Shown here: piece by piece, positions 1 to 9,191 of the stretch
How the letters are laid out: each line of letters starts with the position of its first letter
How positions within the stretch are numbered: the first letter of the stretch is position 1
From: Candidatus Aenigmatarchaeota archaeon
Lineage (GTDB): Archaea; Aenigmatarchaeota; Aenigmatarchaeia; CG10238-14; SpSt-28
NCBI GenBank assembly: GCA_038733315.1
Contig: JAVYPJ010000002.1
Coordinates: 64,001-128,000 of the forward strand
Direction of reading: 5' to 3'
Length of the DNA stretch: 64,000 nucleotides
Notes under the pieces: generated by a model
The model's database searches: none
The model's input: the letters and a program-made list of their open reading frames with translations, nothing else
What the model was told of the DNA's origin: nothing
Position numbers and translations under genes: made by a program

Positions 1-144
1 TCAATTATTTTTATATATCCTAAAATAAAGTTAGGACAAATATCTAAGCCATATTACGATGCAAAGAGAAAAAAATTTGTGTGGACTAGTGAAGATGAAA
101 CAGTTTGGGAAAGGCTTAAAGAAAAATGGAGAAAAAGACAATAG
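1..144 (+). CDS. 3' end of hypothetical protein (partial)
   Basis: Frame 1 is open from base 1 to TAG at 142-144 (...DETVWERLKEKWRKRQ*) and overlaps the next gene's start. Confidence 0.55.
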   Translation, partial: SIIFIYPKIKLGQISKPYYDAKRKKFVWTSEDETVWERLKEKWRKRQ

Positions 145-1019
145 TTTATAAGAATGGAATTTCTATAGCTAATATATGTCTTTTGGACCCAGTAATTTCC
201 GATTTAATTTCTTTCGTTTCTCATGCACATATAGATCACGCACCATATTTAGTAGTTAAAAAACCTTTTGCCACAGCAGAAACTGTAGAGCTTATAAATG
301 TAAGAGATAAACTCTTTATTGCAAATGTAGTTAAATATAATAGAAAGTATAAATTCGATTGTTTATCTTTTACATTTTTTGATTCGAAACATATTTTAGG
401 CTCTGCAATGATTTACATAGAAATAGATGGCACATCTTTTTTATATACTGGCGACATATGTACTAAGGATTTTAAAAAAGATGTAGAAGTTTTAATAATC
501 GAATCTACATTTGGAAGCAAAGAATATGTTTTTCCAGATAGAGAGGAAGAAGTGAAGAGACTAATAAATTTTGTTAAGGAGAAAACTGAAATTCTAAACA
601 AAAAATTAGAGATAGGGGCATATCCGTTAGGTAAAGCTCAAGAGATTATAAAAATTCTTAACGATTTTGGATTTATACCCTCGGCTACAAAAACAATAGA
701 AAAATTCAATGAAATTTATAGAAAATTTGGAGTAAAGTTAGAAACTTGTGAAGATTCGAATATCTTAATAAGACCTATGAATAACGTTATTAACTCACCA
801 TTAGAAGGTTATTACCATGCTTTTTGTAGCGGGTGGGCTATAACTAGGAAAATAAATGGTATAGAAGGTTTTGTTATTTCTGACCACCTAGACTTTAATG
901 GCTTAATAGAGTTTGTAGAGAATGTTAATCCAAAAGAAATTTATACATGCCACGGCTTTTCTGAAATTTTTGCAAACGAATTAAGGAAAAGAGGCTTTAA
1001 TGCACAAAGCCTAGTTTAG
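126..1019 (+). CDS. MBL-fold/beta-CASP exonuclease
   Basis: SHAHIDH, H-ILGS, YTGD, ESTFG, SDH and CHG motifs. Confidence 0.85.
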   Translation: MEKKTIVYKNGISIANICLLDPVISDLISFVSHAHIDHAPYLVVKKPFATAETVELINVRDKLFIANVVKYNRKYKFDCLSFTFFDSKHILGSAMIYIEIDGTSFLYTGDICTKDFKKDVEVLIIESTFGSKEYVFPDREEEVKRLINFVKEKTEILNKKLEIGAYPLGKAQEIIKILNDFGFIPSATKTIEKFNEIYRKFGVKLETCEDSNILIRPMNNVINSPLEGYYHAFCSGWAITRKINGIEGFVISDHLDFNGLIEFVENVNPKEIYTCHGFSEIFANELRKRGFNAQSLV

Positions 1020-1030
1020 ACAATCATAGA

Positions 1031-1558
1031 CTATGGCAAAAACTTTTTTCTCCACCTTTCTATCAGCTTTTCAGCTTCGGATTTTTCATTTTTGCTTTCA
1101 CTAATCGTTTGATTTTGTGGTTTTTCAACTTTTTCTTCTTTATTTTCTTTCACTTCAACCTTAATTGCTAACATTTTTTGCCATATTTGATTTAGCTCCG
1201 ACTCACTTATATCTATTGGCTTATTTTGAAATATTGGAACATCGTTTTCGCTATATATGGGATAAATTCTTATGTTAAAATGTTTTAGTGGAGATCTTAT
1301 TATAGCTATTTGGACATCCATAGCTTCAAGAACATCTTTTATACCTTTTGATAGTTCAAAAGATTTTTTTAGACAATGAAAAGAGGTTTGTATATCAAAA
1401 TCAAAGTTTTCATAGTGGAATCTCGGTACTAAAATTACCATTCCTTTCGTTACAGGCCTTATATCTAAAAAGGCAACACACTTTTCATCTTCGTAAATAG
1501 TATAAGAAGGAATTTCTTTTTTAACAATTTTACAAAATATACACTCTTGGGTTGTCAT
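1031..1558 (-). CDS. HIT family protein with degenerate triad
   Basis: CIFCKIV..EIPS..IYED..AFLDIRP; triad region reads HFNIR. Confidence 0.85.
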   Translation of the reverse strand: MTTQECIFCKIVKKEIPSYTIYEDEKCVAFLDIRPVTKGMVILVPRFHYENFDFDIQTSFHCLKKSFELSKGIKDVLEAMDVQIAIIRSPLKHFNIRIYPIYSENDVPIFQNKPIDISESELNQIWQKMLAIKVEVKENKEEKVEKPQNQTISESKNEKSEAEKLIERWRKKFLP

Positions 1559-1595
1559 AATTTTTTAATGTGTTGTATGAATATATTTGCTGTTT

Positions 1596-2120
1596 TTAAT
1601 AAATAAATCCGCTTCTATATAATCTTCTTAGGACTTCTTTACTAATAGCTCTTGCCTCTAATTCCTCTTCGGAATTATAATATTCTTTGAAACTGGCATA
1701 TTCTGAACTACTTTTTTTAATCTTTTTTCTAAGATCTTGAATATAGTGAGTAAGCTCATGAGCAATGGTTTCTATTAGTTTTTTTGGATTATATAGAAGT
1801 TTTTTCAATACATATACAGATGCACTATAAACTTTTCCATAAGAATTCTTTAAACTTTCGTAAACACCAAGAGTTATTGTATTTTTATAAATGCTTGGTA
1901 AATAATCTACAAAATATAAATTTACTCTATCTAGAACATTTTTCGGTACTTCATAAATTTTTGAAATCTCTTGTTTTATAGATTCGAATATTTGTTTGAT
2001 ATATCTTTTGTTTTGAATCAAATTTACATACTCTGGAATTATAATTATCCCCTCTCTAACTCTACTCAAGTTATCGTACAGCTCTTTTAATAATCTTTCA
2101 AATACAGATTTTTCTTTCAT
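1596..2120 (-). CDS. putative zincin metallopeptidase
   Basis: AHELTHYIQ (HEXXH) plus downstream EELEAR. Confidence 0.6.
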   Translation of the reverse strand: MKEKSVFERLLKELYDNLSRVREGIIIIPEYVNLIQNKRYIKQIFESIKQEISKIYEVPKNVLDRVNLYFVDYLPSIYKNTITLGVYESLKNSYGKVYSASVYVLKKLLYNPKKLIETIAHELTHYIQDLRKKIKKSSSEYASFKEYYNSEEELEARAISKEVLRRLYRSGFIY

Positions 2121-2174
2121 AATACCCTTTAAATTTTAACGATATATATTTAACTTCTTCTTAAATAATAATTT

Positions 2175-2648
2175 ATGAAAAGTAAAGGACAAGCTGCCTT
2201 AGAGTTCCTAATGACATACGGATGGGCAATAATGCTAGTAATAGTAGTAGTAGGAGCACTATATGCAACAGGAATGCTTAAGCCATGTAGATGGGTAGGA
2301 GTACAAATAAGAGACTTTCCACCATCTCAGTTTGGTGTACAGCATATAGCAACAAATGCCACTCATATGGTAATAGAATTAACTAATAATAATCTAAGAA
2401 AAGTAAATATTACTAATGTTATTGCTGAGGTATACACCGATGGAAGCCGTCTTGATGAAAGTAAAGTTAATGTATCATTTGAAAGAGAAAAGATACCATT
2501 TGAATTAGAAGTCGGGGGAAAAGTAAAGACTTATATTAGTTTTGGCGAATTATCTTCAGGAACCTGTATTGATATTAAATTAGCAATTAATTATACTATT
2601 GATGAAGTACCTACTTCAGTAACGGGAAGAATATCTCATAGCGTTTAA
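2175..2648 (+). CDS. type IV pilin-like protein (class III signal peptide)
   Basis: KGQAALEFLMTYGWA followed by a hydrophobic helix. Confidence 0.85.
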   Translation: MKSKGQAALEFLMTYGWAIMLVIVVVGALYATGMLKPCRWVGVQIRDFPPSQFGVQHIATNATHMVIELTNNNLRKVNITNVIAEVYTDGSRLDESKVNVSFEREKIPFELEVGGKVKTYISFGELSSGTCIDIKLAINYTIDEVPTSVTGRISHSV

Positions 2649-2678
2649 TTACAAATCTTTTTTCTTCTTTTTTTCTTT

Positions 2679-2843
2679 TTAAACCAAAAGAATTCTTAAT
2701 AAAAGAACTAGGGTTCCAATTAAAACGGAAATTATTATAATATGTTCAGCCTTTATTTTAATCTTAGCTTCTGGTTCTTCCTCTAAGAACATTAATCCTC
2801 CGTATCCGCTTGGCATCATGTATTTTTTGGGTTTTTTAACCAT
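2679..2843 (-). CDS. secG: preprotein translocase Sec61beta/SecG
   Basis: Hand-translated MVKKPKKYMMPSGYGGLMFLEEEPEAKIKIKAEHIIIISVLIGTLVLLLRILLV; below the ORF-track cutoff. Confidence 0.8.
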   Translation of the reverse strand: MVKKPKKYMMPSGYGGLMFLEEEPEAKIKIKAEHIIIISVLIGTLVLLLRILLV

Positions 2844-2871
2844 AACTAATAATAACAAAAATAATCTTTAT

Positions 2872-4146
2872 ATGGAGATTGTAAGAAGATATTATTCTAA
2901 TCAAAGAATATTAGATTTTTTGGTTGAATTCGCAAAAGATAGAGAGGTAGTTGCTGTTTATAAAGACGGTAAATACGGTAAAAGACCAGATATTTTACAA
3001 TACTCTGGAGATATAATCTCAAAAGTAGAAGAGGGTGCTATAGCTTTTCACTGTAGCGCAGAAAAGTGGAAAAATCCGATGCAGTTAAGGGCGGGTATGA
3101 CAAAGAAAGAATATGACGAACTAAGATTAGCATGGGATTTAGTTATAGATATAGATGTTAAGGATTTTGAAATAGCAAAATTAACAACAAAAGTTATAGC
3201 AGAATTTTTAAAAAGATATCAAGTAAAAAATCTATTGATTAAGTTTACTGGCGGGGATAGTTTTCACATATTAATTCCATCTAAAAGCTTTCCACCTTTT
3301 TTTAACAAAATTCCAATATCTCTACAATATGAAGAGCTAAGCAAAAAGATAATAGAGTTTATAAAAATTTCTGTAGAAGAGGAGCTAAAAAAACTTATGT
3401 TAGAGTTTTTCAATCCAAAAGATCTAGTAGAAAAGTTAGGAAAAAGACTTAGCGAGATTTCTGAGATAAAGCCATTTAGCTTTATTAATATCGATATTTT
3501 TGGAGTAAGACATTTATTTAGAATGCCGTATTCGTTACATGAAAAGACATTATTAGTTAGTCTGCCAATAGATCCAAAAGAAATCTTAAATTTTAGAAAA
3601 AGTGATGCAAATCCTGAAAATGTTGATTTTAATGAAAGCTTAGTCAGTTTTAAGTATGAAAATGATGCAAAATATCTTTTATTAGAAGCTTTTGAAAGAG
3701 TTAAATTAGAAATAGAAAAGGAGATAGAATATTTAAAAGAAAAAATAGACATAAAAGGCAAGAAAAAAATTCCAATAGAATTTTTTCCACCGTGCATAAA
3801 AACGATTTTAAATGGTTTAGAGGATGGAAGAAATAGAAGTATATTCGTTTTAATAACATTTCTTAGGAATGCCGGATATGAATGGGATGAGATAGATAAA
3901 ATATTACACGAATGGAATGAAAAAAACAAACCTCCGCTAAGAGAAGGTATTATAAGAACTCAGTTAAGATGGCATATGAGACAAGAAAGAGACTTATTAC
4001 CTCCTAATTGTGACCACTCAACATTTTATAAGGATTATAATGTTTGTAAACCAGATGAATTTTGCAAAACTATAAGAAATCCTTTATCTTATGCTCTAAA
4101 AAAATACCTCCAATCTAAAAAATCCACAAAAAAAGAAAGCCCTTAA
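2872..4146 (+). CDS. priSL: fused DNA primase PriS-PriL (DPANN type)
   Basis: WDLVIDID, KFTGG.SFH and RMPYSLH (PriS) followed by FPPCI, DGRNR, PPNC, C..C (PriL Fe-S domain); start placed at MEIVRR. Confidence 0.88.
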   Translation: MEIVRRYYSNQRILDFLVEFAKDREVVAVYKDGKYGKRPDILQYSGDIISKVEEGAIAFHCSAEKWKNPMQLRAGMTKKEYDELRLAWDLVIDIDVKDFEIAKLTTKVIAEFLKRYQVKNLLIKFTGGDSFHILIPSKSFPPFFNKIPISLQYEELSKKIIEFIKISVEEELKKLMLEFFNPKDLVEKLGKRLSEISEIKPFSFINIDIFGVRHLFRMPYSLHEKTLLVSLPIDPKEILNFRKSDANPENVDFNESLVSFKYENDAKYLLLEAFERVKLEIEKEIEYLKEKIDIKGKKKIPIEFFPPCIKTILNGLEDGRNRSIFVLITFLRNAGYEWDEIDKILHEWNEKNKPPLREGIIRTQLRWHMRQERDLLPPNCDHSTFYKDYNVCKPDEFCKTIRNPLSYALKKYLQSKKSTKKESP

Positions 4147-4177
4147 TAAATTAATTTTTTAGGATTTTCTAAATAGT

Positions 4178-4327
4178 ATGGAGATTGTAACAACAACAAT
4201 ACCTTTAAATGTTAACATATATTCAGCAGCAATAATTTTACTTATTTTGATTATAATTTTTCTGCTAATAATGACATTAAAGACTAGAAGAGAATTACTA
4301 AAGAGAAAATATATAGAAATGCCCTAA
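4178..4327 (+). CDS. small single-pass membrane protein
   Basis: 49-aa ORF MEIVTTTIPLNVNIYSAAIILLILIIIFLLIMTLKTRRELLKRKYIEMP fills the gap. Confidence 0.55.
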   Translation: MEIVTTTIPLNVNIYSAAIILLILIIIFLLIMTLKTRRELLKRKYIEMP

Positions 4328-4330
4328 CCT

Positions 4331-4756
4331 TTAGCTAGAACTCTTATAAACCTCATAAGCAATTCTATCTAAAAAACTAATTCCTTTATTAGTTAGCTTT
4401 CTACCCCTTTTCTCTATTTTTTCTACGAATCCAGCATTTTCTAACTGTTGTAGAATAGTTCTAATAATCTTACCACCAGCTTTTCTAAACTTTTCTCTTT
4501 TTCTTTTATGCTGTTTTCTTTTTCCATAATAAGTCCTCAATCTTCTAACACCAATTTCACCATCTATATATAATCTTCTTAAAATACTAGCAGCTCTAAT
4601 ATACCAAAAATCTTCTTGCTCTGGAGGTCTTTCGTTCGCACTCGATGATTTTGCAAACAATACCCATTTAGGAGGTTTAATTATATCTATTTTTTTCAAC
4701 TCTTCTTTAAGCCTTTCTACGAATTTCTGCGGATCTACATCATAAACGTTTACCAT
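4331..4756 (-). CDS. rps19e: 30S ribosomal protein S19e
   Basis: VYDV, PPKW, ERPP, WYIRAASILRRLY, IIRTILQQLE. Confidence 0.96.
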   Translation of the reverse strand: MVNVYDVDPQKFVERLKEELKKIDIIKPPKWVLFAKSSSANERPPEQEDFWYIRAASILRRLYIDGEIGVRRLRTYYGKRKQHKRKREKFRKAGGKIIRTILQQLENAGFVEKIEKRGRKLTNKGISFLDRIAYEVYKSSS

Positions 4757-4792
4757 AAAGAATATTTTTTAAAAAATATAAAGATTAATTTT

Positions 4793-4996
4793 ATGTCAAT
4801 AGAAGAGGTAAAACAAAAAATATTAGAAATATTAAAGGCAAGGAGCGTAATAAGTAAAAGAGAACTTAGCACGTTAATAGAGAATAGGGATGAATTAGAA
4901 AAAGCAATATACGAGCTAATTTCTAACAACTTCATATTTGAAATTAATGTATTAGGTGGTAATTATTATGGAATTAAAAACTCCAAAAATAAATAA
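4793..4996 (+). CDS. small winged-helix protein
   Basis: KILEILK..ISKREL..ELEKAIYELI..IFE wHTH pattern. Confidence 0.55.
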   Translation: MSIEEVKQKILEILKARSVISKRELSTLIENRDELEKAIYELISNNFIFEINVLGGNYYGIKNSKNK

Positions 4997-5156
4997 AGAT
5001 CAAGCAATCGCAGTGCTATTTATAATTTTGATTTTTATAGTTTTTCTTTTAGACGCCTCCACAACCAAAGTAAATTTATGTAAAATAAACGGAAACAGTA
5101 CCCATCAAAATTGTATAACGCTGCCAATAAAAATATTCCCATTTTTAAAAGAGTGA
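4968..5156 (+). CDS. small membrane-anchored hypothetical protein
   Basis: One TM helix followed by a Cys pair. Confidence 0.5.
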   Translation: MELKTPKINKDQAIAVLFIILIFIVFLLDASTTKVNLCKINGNSTHQNCITLPIKIFPFLKE

Positions 5157-5300
5157 GATTTTAAATTTTTTTATCACTATATGGTGGATTAGCTAATCTA
5201 AAAGAAATATTAGAAATATAACGATAAAAAAACTGAAATTTCTTTACAGCTATAAACTAAGCTTAAAATCTATATATCCACTTGGCGCATTTTAATAAAT

Positions 5301-5591
5301 ATGGAAAATAAAAGGAAGGATGAGCTAGAAAATGTACTAAAAATTCTTTTAGTTTTGAAAAAAATAAATGGATGGATATGGCTAAGAGAATTAGCAAGGA
5401 GAACCAAATTACATCATAAAACCGTTTCTAGACTTTTATACAAATATTTTCAACCCTTTATAGAAGAGCAAAAACTTTTACCTTTTAGGGCAAGGCTTAT
5501 AAGGCTAAAAGAAGATATTAACATAGAAAAGTTTATAGCTTTTTGGAAAATAAAAAAATTGCAAGAAATATATGATAAGAAGTTCAAATAA
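5301..5591 (+). CDS. HTH DNA-binding protein
   Basis: WLRELARRTKLHHKTVSRLL HTH motif. Confidence 0.75.
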   Translation: MENKRKDELENVLKILLVLKKINGWIWLRELARRTKLHHKTVSRLLYKYFQPFIEEQKLLPFRARLIRLKEDINIEKFIAFWKIKKLQEIYDKKFK

Positions 5592-5593
5592 TT

Positions 5594-6214
5594 ATGGGAG
5601 TTTTTGATAGTTTAAAAAAATTATTTAAAAGAAAATCTCAACTGGAATTATTACAAGCTGAAGAAAAAAACGAGAGCGAAACTGTAGAAAGTGATGTAGA
5701 AACTCAAAAAATAGAAAACGATGCTAAGGAAATAGAAAGAGAGTTCTATAGTTATGAGCAGGTAATAGATAAAAATTTTGTATATGGGTATATTTTGAAA
5801 ACTCTAAAATCCATTGAGGAATCTCTAAAAAGAATCGAGTATAATATGATAACTAAGGATTGGGCTTCCTTAAATTTAACAGAAAAGAAGGATTTAGAAA
5901 ATCTTATAAACAAGCTAAATGAAAAAATAGAATATACTAGGATACTTTTACCTGCTTCAAGCGCTTTAAGCAGATCAAGCAATAGATTAAATGAAATTAT
6001 AAGAAAAGCAGCTGAAATAATAAGAAGCAGAAAAGAAATTAGCTATGAAGATTTGGCCAAGGAGTTAGGAATTTCTAGTAGTTACTTAAGAGCCATAGCA
6101 AATTTAATAGAAATAAATAATAATGATATTAAGCGGATAATAAAAGACAAAAAAGGTTTTTTTGTTTGTGATTTTAGCAATACAGGTGAAAAAGATAAGA
6201 ACGCAACTGCTTAA
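5594..6214 (+). CDS. amphipathic helix / coiled coil / C-terminal wHTH protein
   Basis: N-terminal MGVFDSLKKLFKRK, acidic linker, heptad region, ISYEDLAKELGISSSYLRAI HTH. Confidence 0.7.
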   Translation: MGVFDSLKKLFKRKSQLELLQAEEKNESETVESDVETQKIENDAKEIEREFYSYEQVIDKNFVYGYILKTLKSIEESLKRIEYNMITKDWASLNLTEKKDLENLINKLNEKIEYTRILLPASSALSRSSNRLNEIIRKAAEIIRSRKEISYEDLAKELGISSSYLRAIANLIEINNNDIKRIIKDKKGFFVCDFSNTGEKDKNATA

Positions 6215-6441
6215 GCTGCTCAAGCAATTCAAGCAGGTAAATTAAGCTATTGGCCTTAGAGATCTGAACTGCTTAAGCTGCTTAAGCAGATTAATGCATA
6301 TGATTAGATAAAAAAAATATCAGGATTGTGTTTTAGTGATCTGCTGCTTAAGCAGTTCAAGCAGTTGAATCAAAAGTGTTGATGATCTGCTGCTTGTGCT
6401 TACAAGCGCTTGAAGCGCTTCAAGCAGTTCAAGCAGTTGAA
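6205..6441. repeat. four clusters of 9-bp-period repeats (CTGCTTAAG / CAGTTCAAG; palindromic core CTGCTTAAGCAG)
   Basis: Clusters at about 6205-6237, 6268-6290, 6337-6369 and 6383-6441; related copies at 5951-5981 and 7255-7287. Confidence 0.85.
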
Positions 6442-6512
6442 ATTTTTAACATTTTTTGAGAATTCTGAAGTACTCTCGTTAAATATTTTAACTTCTCTGT
6501 TGTCACTAAATT

Positions 6513-7179
6513 ATTTAAAAACCCTCACATTTATAGCATGGACATTAGTTAGAATTTATAACATCTACTTTAAATCTGCCTTTATTTTTACTCTCTCACA
6601 CTTCTGGCATTCGTTAATTAGGAGTGCTTTCATAACTCTCACGCATTTATAAAATTTTGTATAAACTCTCACATTTCAGTTTTAATTTTTTAGTTTTTAC
6701 CTTTCTCACATTTTTAAACTCTGGATTATATGGTATATCTTAACCACTTTTTAGAGGTTATATAATTTTAAATCTCTCACATTCATGGCTTTAATTTGTT
6801 TAACTACTCATAAATAAATAGTAGATATCATTTTATCTATTTATTAGTAATATTTTATTTAACGAAAAAAATGCATCATTATAGTATTTAAATTCGATTT
6901 TTTGGAAATATACACTTTTTTATATATATTTTTTTGTACTGGTCACTCTATAGTAGATACTAAATAGTAAATTTTTAGGTTGTTTTTTACAGATTTTTTA
7001 GTAAAAAACCTTCTTTAAACCTTTTTTATGCTGAAAAAACTTGATTTTTAGCAGATAAATCACAAAAAAATCTACGGATAGCCTAACGAAGGCAAAAAAT
7101 ACCCTAAAAAAATTTATAGCTGGCTTACTAGGCCAGTTATAATTTTTGAAGTTTCGATTGTATGTGAGGGTTTTTAAAT
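6513..7179. repeat. CTCACA-core direct repeats with an inverted copy flanking an AT-rich core; candidate replication origin
   Basis: Six direct copies (6517, 6590, 6634, 6663, 6701, 6771); perfect 18-bp inverted pair 6513-6530 / 7162-7179. Confidence 0.6.
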
Positions 7180-7359
7180 TTTTGTAGTCATTATTAGGTA
7201 GATAAAAATTTATTAGGTTTAAACTAGCTTAAATAAAGAAAATTGTGTAGTTTGTTAAGCGGTTTTAAGCGGTTTGTAATGCAGTTGTTTTTAATGTCAT
7301 ATAGCCAGCTGGTGCATTTTATTATAGCTAAAATCTATAACTTTAAATTTTTAACAAAC

Positions 7360-8092
7360 TTAGCTGAGCTGAGACCTAATTTTAGAAGTCCGTATAAAGT
7401 TTTTTTCAAAACTCATCAGAATTTTTTGATAGTGTGGCGTCGCTTTTTTTATTAAATTTTCTAAACTTTTCGAGTCTTCAAGAATGAATAGCGAGGCATT
7501 ATTAAGATGTTCTTTGTTAATCCATTTTCCGTATCCAAGCGATAATAGTATTTTTTCTACCCACATTTTATACTTCTCTAATCTTCTATCTCTTTCAATA
7601 AGCTCTTTCTCTCTCGGATCTTTTGCAAAGGTATAAACTATTTTATCTTTATATTCCTTTAGTATTTTTTGGCAACCTTCATATATTCTCTCCATATGCC
7701 ACTCGTTAGATACAATAGATATATAATGAATTTGTCCATATATGCTGGAAAGTAGGTGCAACGTCATTTTAGTGTAATAGAGATTAGATAGGGTACTATA
7801 TGACGCGTTTTCAATAATAATATCGCTTGGATGTATTCCTTTTTCTTCTAAATATGAGGATTTAATAAAAGAAATATTAGAAAAAATTAGCAATATAGGG
7901 AGCTTCGTTTTTTCCACAAGCTATTATTTTAATAATAATTTCTTTTTCCCCATATAACTTATTGCATAAGTCAGAAACCTTTAACTTCGTGAATAAATCA
8001 AAAGCCTTATCTGCTCTAGCTTTTGTATGTGGTTGTAAAGTTCCATCTGGATTTATTCCAGCACCATGGATTACTATTGCTGCAACTCCCAT
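7360..8092 (-). pseudogene. YdcF/DUF218 family gene, frame-disrupted by a ~31-nt insert
   Basis: AIVIHGAG..RADKA..CGKNEA in one frame; YLEEKGI..IIE..S.ST..N, VSNEWHMER in the next frame. Confidence 0.75.
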
Positions 8093-8189
8093 AAACTATT
8101 ATTAAAATATATAAGTAATAGTTAAAAATATCTTTATTAAGTAGTAAATTTTTTGTAAAAATTTATTTTATTTGGAGAAATGCTTATTT

Positions 8190-8477
8190 ATGAAATCTAC
8201 TCTTTCTAAGATTATCGATTTACTTAAGGAAAGGGACTACTCCTTTTCTGAATTATTAGAAATCTTTGGAGAGCAAAATTTATCAAGAAAGGAACTAAAA
8301 GAAATTATTGATAGAATAGTTAAAATTTCTAAACACGCGTCTTGGAAGTTTTATTATAGTCCAGCAAAATGTAGAGAATGTGGTTATGAGGTTAAAAATT
8401 ATAAACCTATAACTAAATGCCCTAAATGTAAAACCGAAAAAATAAAAGATCCAAGATATATTATAAAAACAGAATAA
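8190..8477 (+). CDS. HTH plus Zn-ribbon transcriptional regulator
   Basis: N-terminal HTH; PAKCRECGY...KCPKCK.E.I..P. Confidence 0.8.
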   Translation: MKSTLSKIIDLLKERDYSFSELLEIFGEQNLSRKELKEIIDRIVKISKHASWKFYYSPAKCRECGYEVKNYKPITKCPKCKTEKIKDPRYIIKTE

Positions 8478-8545
8478 CTCTCTCACTGTAAATTTAATCA
8501 AAACAATGTAAAGGAAATTTTAATAAGGAATTTAAATATTATTTT

Positions 8546-9175
8546 ATGATAGAGAAATTTAATCAAATAAAAGCAGCAATGTTATTAAGGAAGCTGGCTA
8601 ACGATGAAATATCAACAGAAGAATTAGTGAGATTCAGTAAAAAAGAGGGAATAATAATTTTTGATATAATAAAATGCATGCCACTAAAAGAAACCGGTCT
8701 CGGACTTTTAATAAAGGGATTAATAGATCTTCACGGTCCAGGCGTCATAAGAACCATGAGAATGGCTTTCAAAAGCGACGGCTACAATGATGCAAAGGAA
8801 GCATTAAAGATAGTGGGCAAAGAAAAGGCCTATAAGTTAATTAATTTCTGGACTGAATTGGGATATATTGAAAAACTTATAGAGATAAAGATTGGTAAAA
8901 ACGGTGACTTAAAGAATACTGAATTAAACGAAAATTTCTATAAAGAATTTGTTGAAAGTGGATATAATACGATTATAGTCAGAGTAAAAGGTTCATTTAG
9001 CTCTTCAGGGTATAAAACAGTCGCTGGAAAATCGAATTTTCCTATATGTGTTATAGAGCCCGCGTATATAGCTGGCTTTATAGAGGCTACATTTGATAGA
9101 AGATGTGATGTAGATGAAACTAAATGTGAAGCCACTGGTGATGAGTATTGTGAATACGTGTTTACACTAATCTAA
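8546..9175 (+). CDS. V4R domain protein
   Basis: PIC..AYIAGFIE...VDETKCEATGDEYCEYV. Confidence 0.85.
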   Translation: MIEKFNQIKAAMLLRKLANDEISTEELVRFSKKEGIIIFDIIKCMPLKETGLGLLIKGLIDLHGPGVIRTMRMAFKSDGYNDAKEALKIVGKEKAYKLINFWTELGYIEKLIEIKIGKNGDLKNTELNENFYKEFVESGYNTIIVRVKGSFSSSGYKTVAGKSNFPICVIEPAYIAGFIEATFDRRCDVDETKCEATGDEYCEYVFTLI

Positions 9176-9191
9176 TAGGAAAAATAAAAAA

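Noticed and set aside
3264..3929. Long antisense ORFs (also 43159-43701, 49851-50408, 46938-47387)
   Set aside because: Shadow ORFs opposite well-supported Lys/Glu-rich genes or tRNAs; Phe/Ser/Leu-rich mirror composition
6410..6652. 80-aa ORF (also 7243-7455)
   Set aside because: TTG starts, translation derived from the repeats and atypical composition; probably non-coding
6205..6790. CRISPR array
   Set aside because: Repeats are 9-16 bp, degenerate and irregularly spaced; no constant repeat-spacer structure and no cas genes
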